A stretch of DNA of 63,966 bases, the filler included, from Phoronis australis (taxonomy: Eukaryota; Animalia; Phoronida), in NCBI GenBank assembly GCA_002633005.1. It is 6 parts of 6 records of this genome, joined end to end, with 100 filler letters (N's around TTAATTAATTAA, not from the genome) between each part and the next. Parts side by side here need not be neighbours in the genome. Positions count along the whole stretch, not along the records: positions 34,461 to 45,297 come from NMRA01001730.1; positions 45,398 to 56,971 come from NMRA01000341.1; 4 more parts are not named here. One strand, given 5' to 3'. The first letter of the stretch is position 1. Each line of letters opens with the position of its first letter. Shown here piece by piece: positions 38,400 to 51,408 of the stretch. The notes beneath the pieces were generated by a model, which was not told the origin of the DNA, did not search any database, and saw only the letters and a program-made list of their open reading frames with translations. The translations under genes and the position numbers were made by a program.

Positions 38400-38550
38400 T
38401 GAAATACATCGACGACCACCTAAGGTGTTCCTCTATGCACAAAAGGTAGTTATTACGTGACTTAAATGTTTTAGGCAGTGCGAGGCATAATTCGCCAAAA
38501 ACTTTACAGCGTAATGAAGCGCCTAAAGCCCTAAAGGAGCTCCACCGTCA
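38400..38550. mobile_element. Half-copy of the palindromic MITE family at 41487-41995
   Basis: aaatacatcgac...cctaaggt...ctatgcacaaaaggta...ggagctccaccgtc aligns with one arm of that element. A further fragment lies at ~42165-42285. Confidence 0.55.
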
Positions 38551-38733
38551 CTATTATGGCACAGCCAGTAGAGACGGTGGTCACTGACTATGCTCGCCTA
38601 TCCCCACCCAAGAATCTGGTAACAAGCACAATTAACAAAGTCCCGAAAAACACGCGGTTACCACTCTGGCGGATAGCTTTTCCACGATAGATTATCAAAC
38701 TAAATACTTTAATTCAAGTTGGACTGAAACTAC

Positions 38734-38979
38734 CTGTCGTTGAACATCCTTTACGCGATTATCATGTTCTTTCGGAGCGCTACGAAGCTTGAAGACAATC
38801 CAGTTTCTGAAGAAGTGAAAGGCGTCATAGGCGACGGACAGCGGGAGTAGAAACAAACACACAAACACCCATCTATGTTGAATAATAACGTATTCTAAGC
38901 CTCTATACCTGGCCCAAGAGACAACAGACAATAAGGCAGGAATAACTATATAATAAACGAGATTTGACACCTCAGCCAT
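38734..38979 (-). CDS. DHCR24: Delta(24)-sterol reductase, exon 1
   Basis: MAEVSN...RGLEYVIIQHRWVFVCLFLLPLS...KLRSAPKEHDNRVKDVQRQ|gtagtt; 246 nt, phase 0. Confidence 0.95.
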
Positions 38980-39363
38980 CTCCGCTGATCACCAACCGGG
39001 AATGACAGCTCCCGTGCAAAACGCCGTATCGAACCATAGGGGGTTAATCTAAGTAGGTCAAAGACCACAGGTTAAAGGTTGATGTAGAAAAGTATAAATT
39101 ACATAAGTGAAAGGAGCTGCTATAAAAATCATATTCATTATAAATTAAGATTAAGACTATGTGTCATTATACTAATATTATATTTCAACATAATTTTTGT
39201 GGATAAATACTGCATAACATTTTACTGGATAAAATTATAATAATTTGTTTTCTTCTTTAAATTTCCTCTGTTATAGTTACCCTGTTTCCCGCCTTTCTAA
39301 ACACATGTGCCCAGATTTGTTGACGTTTTGCAGCGAATTTGTCTTTACAAGTCTTGCTTTAAA
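38980..39363. promoter_or_regulatory. Putative bidirectional promoter DHCR24/UHRF1
   Basis: 384 bp between divergent ATGs in one contig. E2F-type TTTCCCGCC at 39285-39293; AGGTCA-like half-site array at 39055-39081. Confidence 0.65.
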
Positions 39364-39516
39364 ATGTGGATTCAGGTTCGCTCCTTCGATGGCAAGACAT
39401 CAGTGCGAATCGACAATCTTTCAAAACTAACAAAAATTGAAGAACTGCGTGAAAAACTGACCGATGCTTTTGAGGCTCCACCGGAAAGGCAAAAATTGTA
39501 TTACCGCGGAAAGCAG
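39364..39516 (+). CDS. UHRF1: E3 ubiquitin ligase UHRF1, first coding exon (ubiquitin-like domain)
   Basis: MWIQVRSFDGKTSVRIDNLSKLTKIEELREKL...ERQKLYYRGKQ|gtgggt; 153 nt, the diagnostic UHRF N-terminus. Confidence 0.95.
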
Positions 39517-39938
39517 GTGGGTCAAAATATTTGAGATACAGTTCATTAGCAGGTGATTAGACACTTTGTAACGGCTGTGCTCTCTGTCTAATTGACGATC
39601 ATTTGGTAAAAGCAATATATTTGCATTGTACTGTAGGTCAAGCACATCTGCCACATCTACAAAAATTCACGCATTGTCATTGACCCTGACCTGAGACCTT
39701 GGCCTTTTGCCTTAAAGTACAAAGCATAGCCATAGTCTCTGAACAAATGTGTCCTTGTTGTGAATAAGACGGGGAGGAGGGGATTCACGGTTAGGCAACT
39801 GCATCTCTTGGGCACTGTTCAGATATAGCGGTCCCTGATTTTGAGAACCAGGCAAGCACTGAATCATTAAACACCCGCAATGGTATGAGTATCCCGATTA
39901 AAAGACTGACCACCTAAAAGACTGACCACCGTCTCTAC

Positions 39939-41475
39939 ACATAGTGTACCTAATTATCGGACGGAACCTAAATATCGGACATTTCATAGAATCGTACTTG
40001 AAGCATAATCTGAGAATTAAATGACGCCAATTTTTGGGCACTAGTCGGATATAATGGACCCTAACTTATTCCAAACAAATCCACTAAATCACTAAATGTA
40101 GGTCTAAATGAATGATTTTGGTGTCGTTGCATTCCTCAGACATCTGGCTATCCGTACAAATGCTTTTCACGACCCTCAATTACTCTAGTCTATAACTACG
40201 CTGTTCCGAACTCGGTCCACTTTAGCCACGCACATCGTGAAATCGGCAGCCATTTCAGGGAACTTACTGTATCTAGCGACATCTATCAGCGATTTGCTAC
40301 AACACACGCTGTTCCTTTTTCATCAGTCAACGTCATTGGTCGATTTCGTCAATTATTAACGACAGTCGTTATTAATCATCGTACGTCTGCTCTCGTCATC
40401 ACCTTCGTCGTCTCTCTCACGAATGTATCTGTCATCATCATGTTATCGTCGCCCATGTTGACTGATGAAAAAGGAACAGGGCGTGTTGTAGCAAATCGCC
40501 AATAGATGGCGCTAGATATAGTAAATTCCCTGAAATGGCTGCCGATTTCACGATGCGCGTGGCTAAAGTGGACCAAGTTCAGAATGGCGTAGTTATAGAC
40601 TAGAGTAATTGAGGGTCGTGAAAAGGATTTGTACGGATAGCCAGATGTCTTAGGAATGCAGCGATACCAAAATCATTCATTTAGACCTACATTTAGTGGA
40701 TTTATTTGGAATAAGTTAGGGTCCATTATATCCGACTAGTGCCGCTTTTTGTTCCGTTGTAATGCATTCAATGTCCGGCACCGTCTGGTTTTTTTACAGC
40801 GTTGCCTCGTTTTGATTTCACCGAGAGAGGGTGCAATTTAGACCCCCAAGTCGGCCTAAAATGGACGATCGCATAAATCGGTTATAAAAGTTGAAAATAA
40901 AATCTTTTTCCACAATGAAACCATCTCGTTGAACTGACAATATGTCACTGTTCCATTTTTTCATTTGTTTTTAAACTCAAGTCAAACCCCGACCGCGCAC
41001 GTGCGGGTGTCATATCAAGAAGCCGAAGTGATACTAAAAACTGCAGTGAGTTTGAACGTGCCTTAGTCGTCTGCACTAATTCATCGAAACGACTTGGCGC
41101 CGTCATCAGACTTTATTTCATGGATAATTTTGTTGCGAATGGACCTGTGTTCTAGCAGCATATATGTCAAAACACTCGAGCTGAAATTTGGCTACAAGGT
41201 GCCCGCGGCCATTACGTGGTTAGTCAGTTTTCTGCGGTGTGGCGTATGGGGAAACATGGTTCCGATATTTAGGTTCTCAGAAGGTTTGTTTGTTGTGTTT
41301 TTTAAAGATCAGTCGGAACATAAATGTGGCTTTCAGTGACAAGATATAGCAACAGAACAATTCCTTGAAGGTAAGTCTTTATTTCAGAAAAAAATTTACA
41401 ACAATCCATAGTATTTTCAATTAAATATAATGCAAAATGTGCCAAAACATCCGATAATTAGGTCACTTGACTGTA
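39939..41475. mobile_element. Tc1/pogo-like MITE copy 2, interrupted by a nested element
   Basis: Matches 26052-26875 apart from a ~707-bp insertion. Confidence 0.75.
40037..40743. mobile_element. Foldback MITE with ~300-bp arms (possibly Merlin-like)
   Basis: Ends ggcactagtcggatataatggaccc / gggtccattatatccgactagtgcc; flanks aatttttg / gctttttg; absent from the copy at ~26140. Confidence 0.8.
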
Positions 41476-41486
41476 GTTGAACTACA

Positions 41487-41995
41487 GACGGTGGAGCTCT
41501 ATAGGCGCTTCATATGCCGGAAGCTTTTCGGCAAATTATGCTTTGCACTGACTAAAACTAAAAAGATCAAAGAAAGTCACGTTGTTATAAATTACCTTTT
41601 GCGCATAAAGGGACACCTTAGGAGGCCATCGATGTATTTAATTCCTTCCTACTCGAACAAATACTCCCATTACCAAATTGTTTTTTCGGGCAGCCCCTCG
41701 TTCAGTTCCCAAAATTGATAACATTTTTAACACTGTGCGGCAGTACGTGGTATGGCGTCATATCTCCTGGCGTGCGCAGTGTTAAAATGGTGAACGAGGG
41801 ACTACTGGAAGAAAAAGATTGATAACGGGAGTATTTGTTCAAGATGGAAGGAATTAAATACATCGATGGCCTCCTAAGGTATCCCTCTATGCGCAAAAGG
41901 TATTTGTAACAACGTGATTTGATGTTTTAGTCAATGCGAGGCATATTTTGCCGAAAAGCTTCCGGCGTCTGAAACGCCTATAGAAGCTCCTACTG
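41487..41995. mobile_element. Palindromic MITE (~250-bp arms)
   Basis: ggagctctataggcgcttcatatgccggaagcttttcggcaaa... is the reverse complement of ...tttgccgaaaagcttccggcgtctgaaacgcctatagaagctcc. Confidence 0.7.
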
Positions 41996-44900
41996 GCGGT
42001 CCAGTAGAACAGTGTAATCGAGCATGGAAATTTCTTGTAATGGGCCTATTATTCATCACTTGGATTATGGCGTCCACAGGCAAATAGCTTTCCCCATGAA
42101 AAGTTACTAACATTTCAAAGTACGTAGTGAATATCATCGAATGAGGGCATGCGGTTACACAGGTGATGCTCCCATAGGGCCTTCTTACGCCAGTAGCTTT
42201 TCGGCGAAAAATGCCGTGCACTAATTAAGCCATTGAAGCCATATCGCTATAAGTACCTTTTGTGCATAGAGGGTTACCTTAGGCACTTGTAGTCAAACTT
42301 TTTTCAATCATTCCTTTGTACAGATCCCGAAATTTGCAACTGGCCATTTTTACACTGCTCGGGCCATATCTTGCTTCATATACATAATGGACTTTGAAGT
42401 TAGTGTTTTGTGTCAACTTATTCACAGTGGGTAACCCGTCCAGTGACATCATCAAAATGAACCTTGTCACTTACTGGTGACGTGATGCAGCATCTCCCTG
42501 TAAATGGACACTTAATCATTGGTGGGTGTCAGGTTCACTCTTGATGACGTCTCTAGCCACCAGTTTTATCCCTTGTTGCCACTCCCTGAATATGCAGAGT
42601 ACATTCACGATGATCTTCAGATGCCATGATTTACTGTAGGTGGCAGCACAAGTTAGCCACTATGGCAAATGTTGCTGTGTACACAGTACATGCCAAATGT
42701 TTTTCTGCTAATTGTACTTAAACTCAGCTGAACCATCAAAGTCATGTCTATAATTACTATTCGAGGAGGGACATCTGAGGAGGTTGTCTATGTCGTGAAT
42801 TCCTCCTAACTCTGGCAAATACTGTTGGAGTCCTTATAGACTCACTGAAGAGTGTAGTTGGCTCTTGTAACACAAATTTGCATTTAAATCTTGCAAATCA
42901 AAGTATTACCTGAGGTTGGTGTGATGCCTGAATGAACTAAAATACAGTACCAAGACTAACTAACTCATAAAAATTGCTTAAATATCAACACATTTCACAG
43001 CCATGTCTTGTTCCCTATACCATATTAACAAAAGTACCTCTGCCTTTATGGTAATGCTGTCATTTGAGATTTGATCGTCAAAAGTAAAGCAACACCTTGA
43101 AAGAAATCCCAGTATGCTCGTATGGTGCTAATACACCTGGCTCGATTTGACTACTTCAGATTTTGTTTGGTGATCTGGTAATAATTTGAAGTTGCCATGC
43201 ACTCATCTGGGCACACACTCAAAATATTACAGAGTGTAAACAGAAGGATGGTAGAATCGTTTTGAAAAAAGTCAGAAGGTCCCGTTTATGAGTCATGCAC
43301 AGATAAGGTGTAGGTTGCTGATCATGTGTTTTAGGAGTTCAGAAGTCTGTGGGATGTTGGACCTAAAGGGGGAAATTGTTAGTTACGGAGCACGTGAATC
43401 ATTCCTGATAGATTTGAGGTCATAATATGAATGGGGTTATTAAAAAACTGTAAGCACTTTAGGTCACCAGTCCTGTCTTGAAAATCCATGTGGTTATTTG
43501 TCGCTTCGCAGTTTTCAGATGTTGCAGGTCTGTGTGCTGTCAGATACTTAGTTGATCGAAAGATGCATGGAACGCGTGTTATTCGTAGCTGTTTGAATTA
43601 AAAGCTGATTCTCGCGGTGACATAGATAAAAGCAAACCAATACGCCTAACAGTTCGTTATATCTGACAATTTATGGCAAGAGTGGGGTCAGAGCAATGCT
43701 CTTAATATGCTGTAGGATCTAAATTTACAAGTGTTACCGTTCAAGATAGGTTTTAACATTGGCCAGTCATAGTTATGCAGATATAGGAAATGCATGGCCT
43801 TTTCGGTTCAGTAAGCTTAATATTTCTGGGCTGTATAATAATAGACTTGAATTCAGGGTTCTCCATTTGAGTTGATTTTTATGAGGGTTCGATGTTTTTG
43901 TAATGAAGCCTTTTTGCTTGATGTGCATGCAGATGTACTCTCAAAACATGGTCATCATGAATTTGGGAGGATGTGATCGCAATAACATCAACAGCCAATG
44001 GTGACCCTCAGAAGCCACTCTGTTCCAGTTGAAAAGTCACATATTTGGGATTGGCTTGTTGAAGTCAGCTGTAAGGAGAGGCTTGTCTATTGAGACAACA
44101 TTCTTGTGGTTAGAGTTAAGTTGAGTAAAAGCACCCCTCTGAATAACTTCGGTAGTGTTCACTGCAGAATTTGAATCTGGAATAAAGTTTGTGGATTCCA
44201 AATTGAATTTCACTCCTGATGCAGAAAGTGACAACTGCTGCTATAGTACATGAGTAAAGTAACCTGTACAAAACCCCTGTTATGATTGATGGCTATAATT
44301 CTGCTAATTATGAAAATAACTGATAATGACTAGGGTAAAATCTCGACAATTTTTGACAAAAAATGTTCGTTAAAATTGCCTTTTTTCAAAGGCTTCTACA
44401 TGTTTCAGATGATAACTTTGGTACAAAACTTGAACATGAAAAATCATGAACTTAGTGCTACATATCTTCTAGGGAAAGGTTAGAAAGTAATAAGATGTCA
44501 CTCGTCGGCTATATTGTGTTCTAAATTAGTGACATTTTGCCATAATGGTGACAAAAATCAATTCCACAATGGCTCAAACCGCCTTATCGACTTTCTGGTT
44601 AATTCTCCTATACATTGTCGATCATCATGGAGAACCTTGGTTACTCTGACAATGACGTCAGCTTTTGTACAGTCATCACAAAGAAAAGTTTCCAGTCTGA
44701 TTTCTTTTGGCATGTACTGATTTTCTTTGCATGCGGGAACTAGTTAAAAAAGTTTCCGTTTTCAGTGTGTATGTGTACGGTATGTGTATTGTTCCATGTG
44801 ATGTTCCATAATAAACAGAGGGCTGCCTTGTAGTTTAGAATCGCCATGATACATCAGCAAACAACCGTTTATTACTCTTTTGTTGAAAGGTTAATAAATA

Positions 44901-45077
44901 CTGGCGCTGTTTCAGATTCTTTCTTATCCTTCCTTCCTGTGACTAGAAGAAATATGTGCAATTGATAGTGACTTTAAAATGTTCCCAAAATTTCCTGTAC
45001 ATTTTATACCCCGTTCACATTCTGGTTGAAGGGCTAGTAGTTTTTTCTTACACTTACGCTCTATAGAAATGAAAACG

Positions 45078-45297
45078 CCAATAGCCATCTTACTTGAAGA
45101 GACTGCTGAAGCTAGCTCACCAATAACCATCTTACTTGAAGACATTGTGCTGAAGCTAGCACACCAATAGCCATCTTACTTGAAGACATTGTGCTGAAGC
45201 TAGCACACCAATAGCCATCTTACTTGAAGACATTGTGCTGAAGCTAGCACACCAATAGCCATCTTACTTGAAGACATTGTGCTGAAGCTAGCACACC
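45078..45297. repeat. 44-bp minisatellite x5, truncated by spacer
   Basis: Unit ccaatagccatcttacttgaagacattgtgctgaagctagcaca. Confidence 0.9.
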
Positions 45298-45408
45298 NNN
45301 NNNNNNNNNNNNNNNNNNNNNNNNNNNNNNNNNNNNNNNNNTTAATTAATTAANNNNNNNNNNNNNNNNNNNNNNNNNNNNNNNNNNNNNNNNNNNNTCT
45401 ATCCCTTA

Positions 45409-45540
<132 letters not shown>

Positions 45541-46037
45541 CTATCATAAATGATACAAATATAACACTAAGACATGCATCTAACCATTAATGCATGCAAC
45601 TGAATTAAAAAAAAAACCTCCATACTTCATAAGTAAAAACAGTTTTAATTACACCAAACAGCCTAGAACATGTGAAGTCAGAAATGAGGAGAGAAAACTA
45701 CTTCACTGGTCACAGTCGTCCCTAATGTCAAACTGGTGGACAGACAATTTTTATTGCTCATGCTTTCTGTAAAAATGTCCCTTCAGTATGGCATCTTTCA
45801 GGTTATTTTCAAATTTAAATACTTTTAAGCAAATCACTAGTTATACCCTTCTCATCAATCAAACAGAAAGGTATTCAATACATGTCAATTGCCCTCTAGA
45901 TTTAAAACTCAGTAAAAGTGGCCCAGTGGACCAATTGAATATCTGCCTACGTCCCCAGCATCAGTTATTGTTCCACACCTACCCCCAGGTAACTTAATGA
46001 GGCAACCTAGATGCATGTCAATTTAAGTTCAAAATTA

Positions 46038-46283
<246 letters not shown>

Positions 46284-47207
46284 CTAATAGATCGTCAAGG
46301 AGCGGTACAATATAAGGATTTTGGCACTAAGTTTTGCTGGAAGCATACCATGACACAGACTCCATAACTAGATGACCCAATTGTGGAACATTGCAGGAGT
46401 GCAGCGGATTTCAAAATTCAAAATAAACTAGATAACGTTGAACTCTGACAAAGTTTCAACACACAAAACTTTGAATAAATATTCATTTCTTTTCGACTAA
46501 AACATGTTTCAATTCAAGCTACGTCTCTACAAAACCTCGATAGGTGTTGATCCATGCATTGTGTAGAAATTGTGACAATTTTGCCTTGCAAGTCCCTTAA
46601 ATAAGCAGCGGCTAGGTGCAACAGCCCCACAATAAACTCTACAAAAAGTCATTTTATAGCAACAAAGTTCAACCAAACTGGCCAATAATTCTGGNCACAA
46701 AACTTCGAATAAATATCCATTTCTTTTCGACTAGAACATGTTTCAATTCAAGCTACGTCTCTACAAAACCTTGATATGTGTAGAAATTGTGACAATTTTT
46801 CCTTGCAAGTCCCTTATGTAAGCAGCGGCTAGGCGCAACAGCCCCCCAAAAAAATCTACAAAAAGTCATTTTATAGCAACAAAGTTCAACCAAACTGGCC
46901 AATAGTTCTGGAAAGGTTTATTGAAGTTTGACAGAGGCTGACAAGATTTCATTTCCGTTACCAACAACAGAATTGAAACCACCAGCGACACAAGAAAAGG
47001 CTTCAGAGTTTATATGGTTTACCAACCATGACATTGTCAATTTGAAAATAGAGCATTTACTTGTATTTTCCTTTAGTTGCCGGCCATTTGGCAACAATTC
47101 AAAAGCATATGATCGAAAATTTTTTTAACCACAAAGCGCTTAGGTTAAGAATAATTTTCTAACATTAGATTTTGCTCTTAACGTAACACAAAGTCCAACA
47201 AACGTAC

Positions 47208-47357
47208 CTTGTATCTGTCAGGGTGCTTCAGATAATCTACAAACTCCATGACCTCGACCTTGGCCTCATGTAGTCCCGCAACGTCCCTAAAGGTCACAGC
47301 CTTACCGTCCGGCTTGATGATGTCACCGCGCGTGAACTTGGCCTTGCTCTGACTCGA
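47208..47357 (-). CDS. SPG7: Paraplegin exon, duplicate copy B
   Basis: Same protein as 47930-48079 (one synonymous change); part of a ~720-bp duplication joined at n47679. Confidence 0.6.
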
Positions 47358-47902
47358 CTGAAAGTAAAAAAAACAAGCCTTTGTACTAAATGTAGTAACA
47401 GAGATATTTTACAAATACCGGCTATTAAGAGTGCTATAAACAGCTTTTGATAATGTATTCGCTAATTTCCGACATTGACCAGATGCACGCTAAAGTCATG
47501 CCATGGAGATTTCATCAGAAAGTTATCCAACGAGTTATTAGTAGTTTCTACTGAGACTGAGATTGTTCATGGTTTGGGATTGGATTTATGGTTCGCGCAC
47601 ATGATTGATTCAGAAATTTTGTGCTTTGTTTCAGTTTTATTGCAGAAACAAAACTCTAATTCGTAAAAGATGATGGCCNTTACCAACAACAGAATTGAAA
47701 CCACCAGTGACACAAGAAAAGGCTTCAGAGTTTATATGCTTTACCAACCATGACTAAGTCAGTTTGAAAATAGAGCATTTACTAGTATTTGCCTTTAGTT
47801 GCCGGCCATTTGGCAACAATTCAAAAGCACACGATCGTGAAATTTTTAGACCACAAAGCGCTTAGGTTAAGAATAATTTTCTAACATTAGATTTTACTCT
47901 TA

Positions 47903-48184
<282 letters not shown>

Positions 48185-48760
48185 CTAATTTCTGACATTG
48201 ACCAGATGCGCGCTAAAGTCATGCCATGGAGATTTCATCAGAAAGTTATCCAACGAGTTATTAGTAGTTTCTAGTGAGACTGAGATTGTTCATGGTTTGG
48301 GATTGGATTTATGGTTCGCGCACTTGATTGATTCAGAAATTTTGTGCTTTGTTTCAGTTTTATTGCAGAAACAAAACTCTAATTCGTAAAAGATGATGGC
48401 CATAGTTTGCTAGCGAACCAAAAATTCCTACATCTTGTCCTCTTTTCATATTTCTAAAAACAAAAATTGAATTTGGACCTTTACTGTCGTAAAATTGAAG
48501 TTGGACCTTTACTGTCGTAAAATTGGTCTCATAACATTCCATACCATGATGTTATTCTACTTCTGCAACAGACATAGAATCCAGTCAGAATGTTGAGACC
48601 GATTTAATGAAAATAAAAGGCATAATTTAAGTTTTGTATTATATCCAGCTAAACAAGGCAAAATGCAGTTTTGATTTAACAAGACCTCGAGGGAATTGAC
48701 CATTATTTCCTAACAACAAATCTTTAAGGGCTACTCGTCAACGTCCATTTATTTACTTAC

Positions 48761-48860
48761 AAACATCTCTGTGGGATTAGGCATCTGAAACTTGACCTTC
48801 CGCCCAACTAAATAGAGACCAAACAGGACAACGGCAAGGAATACCACAGACACCCATGAG
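48761..48860 (-). CDS. SPG7: Paraplegin exon (TM2)
   Basis: (S)SWVSVVFLAVVLFGLYLVGRKVKFQMPNPTEMF; cag / gtaagt, phase 2 to 0. Confidence 0.85.
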
Positions 48861-49361
48861 CTGCGAATACAAAACAACGTATTAAGAACACCACATTATT
48901 CCTGTGTACGAATATAAACAAGCGAGCATAAGAAGGTGTTCAAGAGTAAGACTCAACCATGTTTGTTAAAGCATCATGTAGCTACAATTGGATCCTTATC
49001 TGAATTTTCAAATTTTTACAATATTGCAAAAATCGTATTCTTCAAACTTAACTCATGAAATCATTATCCTCATTAAATTCTGACTGATGCCCAATCGCTG
49101 TTTGCTAGACTTTTGGCTGACGCCCAATTTTACATGTACCCCCTTTGCATATTAGCTGTGCCTGTTACCTCTGCCTGTGGTACGTGATTGAGACCCCTTC
49201 ACCTCTCTTTACACCCACGTCCTCCTCAACCTGTCGCACTNATTCTTCAAACTTAACTCATGAAATCATTATCCTCATTAAATTCTGACTGATGCCCAAT
49301 CGCTGTTTGCTCGACTTTTGGCTGACGCCCACCCCCTTTGCATATTAGCTGTGCCCGTTAC

Positions 49362-49489
49362 CTCTGCCTGTGGTACGTGATTGAGACCCCTTCACCTCTC
49401 TTTACACCCACGTCCTCCTCAACCTGTCGCACTTTCTCCTCAAAGTTGTATGAATCGGGAATCTTCAAAGCAAACACATGACTGTCCAC
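49362..49489 (-). CDS. SPG7: Paraplegin exon (intermembrane-space domain)
   Basis: VDSHVFALKIPDSYNFEEKVRQVEEDVGVKRGEGVSITYHRQ (FEEK.R..E..G motif). A partial duplicate at 49169-49240 is cut by n49241. Confidence 0.88.
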
Positions 49490-50410
49490 CTGCAACAATA
49501 CACAGCGATGGATGAATGAATAAAGTTATGCAAAAAGTTTGCATCATTGTGATAGATTAAGCCGTTAAGGGCGTACCGGATTACACTGCGGCACTCAAAT
49601 CTCGCTTTATTTACCCACCATGCCGCAAACATCTGTTAGGCACACTTTCTGCCTAGTTTTCGTGCCATTGAAATTCCACATGTTATTTGTTGTCTGATTC
49701 TTTGCAAGTTTTTCTCTGCAGGATTACTCTATTCGTCCTTCCAATGCCAACGAAGTATTACTGCTGAGCTGTGGCTGCAACTCCAACATTAAAAAGTTTC
49801 GTAACTATCAAATACCCGTGGATGCATGATGTGAAGTTCTTCACCTTCACAATATCAATGAGACAAGAAAATGCGAAGCGAGTAAGTAAAACAAGTTTGT
49901 CGAGTTAATTTTGAACAGAGAAGAATTCCTTTTCTTGAAGACACCCATTCAATTACTGTACTAATTTTTAAATGGCTGAAAATGGGAATATTTCCACGGG
50001 CCCTCTCCGGTCTCCCACATGAACTGCGAAAAACATGCCTGATTTCCAAAACGAGGTGACACGCTTCCTTATTTCCGAGACAAAGGAGAGTTCTATCGTT
50101 ATGTAATCTAGGACACCACCATCACATCTGAGTCTGACACAGCCACAGTTAAACCACCAGAAACTGCAATACCGATTCCAGTCTGATAATTTCGTTATTC
50201 ACTCCTGGTCTAAATATCGTCAGAAAAACGCATTCCGAAGACAAAACAAAGAAATTGGCCTTACTAAGCCACTATCAACGAAAAGTATATTTTCACGTTA
50301 TAATGTGGACGAGAAAATGCACTATCGATTGAAAATAATAAAACATTCGTAAAATTACGTTATCTATGGTTAACTCTAGAATCTAAATTTGGGAGACCAT
50401 GTCAACATAC

Positions 50411-50491
50411 CCTCCTTCCCTTCACAACAGCACCAGGCTGTAGTTTGATAATGGCCACTTCCATATCTGGTCGCACAACTACCTCAGCTAC
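50411..50491 (-). CDS. SPG7: Paraplegin exon
   Basis: VAEVVVRPDMEVAIIKLQPGAVVKGRR; 81 nt; cag / gtatgt. Confidence 0.85.
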
Positions 50492-51250
50492 CTGAAATGA
50501 AATGCACAGGTAACATGAAATGTACTAATGTGCACAAAAACACAATAATAGGCAAAGAAGCCATACTTCAATAATGGACGCTTCCAAAAAGTAACAAACA
50601 TTTTGCTCAGAGACATATAGATCAGTAATGTTTTTTTCTATTTTTTTAAAACGTGACTTTGAAACACATTAACAATCAACACTTACTTAATTTAATTTAA
50701 GAGCAAGTACTTAATAATGTCTACTATAACAATGGGTAACATGGATTGATACATGGTGGTATTGTTAAACAATGGCAAAGTGTGCCATTGTTGTTATCTG
50801 AGATATAAGGAACTGGGATTTTGAGTGAAACCATCATGACAAATCCTCATTGTGCAACGCTTCTGTCAATCATACAGCTAAGCAATGCCCAGCCCCCAAA
50901 CACTTCCTCTTGCCCTACCAAGCATATATTCATAAGTCCCATGTATTACCTACCAGAATTTTCTGCACACCCGTCAATCACACTTGTCAATCACAGTAAT
51001 GTACCACCCACAATCAACACCCTAGATGTAGTTTAGCCTCATTGGTGTTCAACATTAAAACTTCCATTAGGGCCCAAAACACACTCACACAACATTCAAG
51101 TCAAGAATGAGAACAGAAAGCCAAAGACAAGTAGTGCAAACCTCATAATTTGCCACTAAACATAGGATTTGAGCGTGGGTAAAAAAGTGAATGTTTACAG
51201 TGCAAACACGTGCAGCACACTGTTCTCAATACATCGTAATAGTCACGCAC

Positions 51251-51408
51251 CTCGCCTTTCAGTAGCATCTCATACATGAACTCGTTCCACGAGACGTACT
51301 TGAATGCTGAGTTATCCTCGCCCTGCAGTAGGCGACTCAGTGTGAAGAAAGTGAAGGCTAACCAGAACCACACCACAAACCTGGGCACCATCGGTGGACG
51401 CTCCTCAT
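51251..51408 (-). CDS. SPG7: Paraplegin exon (TM1)
   Basis: (D)EERPPMVPRFVVWFWLAFTFFTLSRLL...YVSWNEFMYEMLLKGE|gtgcgt; matches the ISWNDFVHEMLAKGE-type motif. Confidence 0.9.

Noticed and set aside
45078-45297. Short tandem arrays (also 34044-34360 and 35905-36030) as CRISPR
   Set aside because: Head-to-tail units without unique spacers, eukaryotic context, no cas genes.
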